From assembly GCA_045805245.1 (NCBI GenBank), contig JBJMLP010000226.1:1-42617 (forward strand): DNA of 42,617 nucleotides, read 5' to 3'. This document shows, in pieces, positions 42,488-42,617 of the stretch (its first letter is position 1; each line of letters begins with the position of its first letter). This DNA comes from Actinomycetota bacterium (GTDB lineage: Bacteria; Actinomycetota; UBA4738; JBJMLN01). The notes under the pieces were generated by a model. The model was not told the DNA's origin. It saw only the letters and a program-made list of their open reading frames with translations, and did not search any database. A program made the position numbers and the translations under genes.

Positions 42488-42617
42488 CGGGAGAGCCTCC
42501 CCGCACGCTCGAGGAGCTCGAGCGTGCGGTCGATCGGCAGCGCGTGGAGGGTGTTTCCGTTCACGCCGGTCGTCGTCTCCGCCTGGAAGAGCGCATTCAG
42601 GACGGCTTCCTCCACGG
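42484..42617 (-). CDS. C-terminal fragment of a protein resembling P1/S58 (DmpA-type) aminopeptidases; N-terminus lies beyond the right edge
   Basis: My own translation gives ...VEEAVLNALFQAETTTGVNGNTLHALPIDRTLELLERAGRLSR then stop. The family call is from memory of DmpA-like C-termini and is tentative. Confidence 0.4.
   Translation of the reverse strand, partial: VEEAVLNALFQAETTTGVNGNTLHALPIDRTLELLERAGRLSR

Overview
High-GC, very gene-dense chromosomal segment. I call about 45 protein genes, four tRNAs and one SRP RNA, and I saw no rRNA, CRISPR array, transposase, integrase or phage genes. The backbone is housekeeping: rpsD, asd, aspartokinase, recR, dnaX, ffs, tadA, pncB, three tRNA-Ser and tRNA-Arg. 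This resembles the asd-ask...recR-dnaX neighbourhood of Actinobacteria, but with a Bacillus-type large (Alu-containing) SRP RNA and no ybaB. That points to a deep-branching high-GC Gram-positive-like lineage, and the taxonomic call is inference only. Most long ORFs in the supplied track are Arg/Pro/Gly-rich shadow frames. Real genes were picked by recognisable motifs, and starts were refined using stop/start overlaps. Gene packing is extreme: 11 same-strand junctions overlap as ATGA, GTGA or TGATG, and 4 convergent junctions share overlapping stop codons. The most interesting content is a five-gene, fully translationally coupled minus-strand operon at 4580-11178. It encodes a fatty-acyl reductase fused to a HAD-IB domain, a Zn alcohol dehydrogenase, a LarA-like (DUF2088) protein, a PlsC-type acyltransferase and a TetR regulator. 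An AT-richer leaderless-type promoter with two CTACC-N4-GGTAG palindromes precedes it. I read this as a candidate undescribed lipid-backbone or lipid-modification system. Secondary items are a cyclase-STAND-TPR signalling protein, an AlkZ/YcaQ-MazG-Eis-GNAT cluster, an internal lysC-beta start, a TatA-like microprotein, an SCP2-debranching-enzyme pair and an RGG-rich membrane protein.
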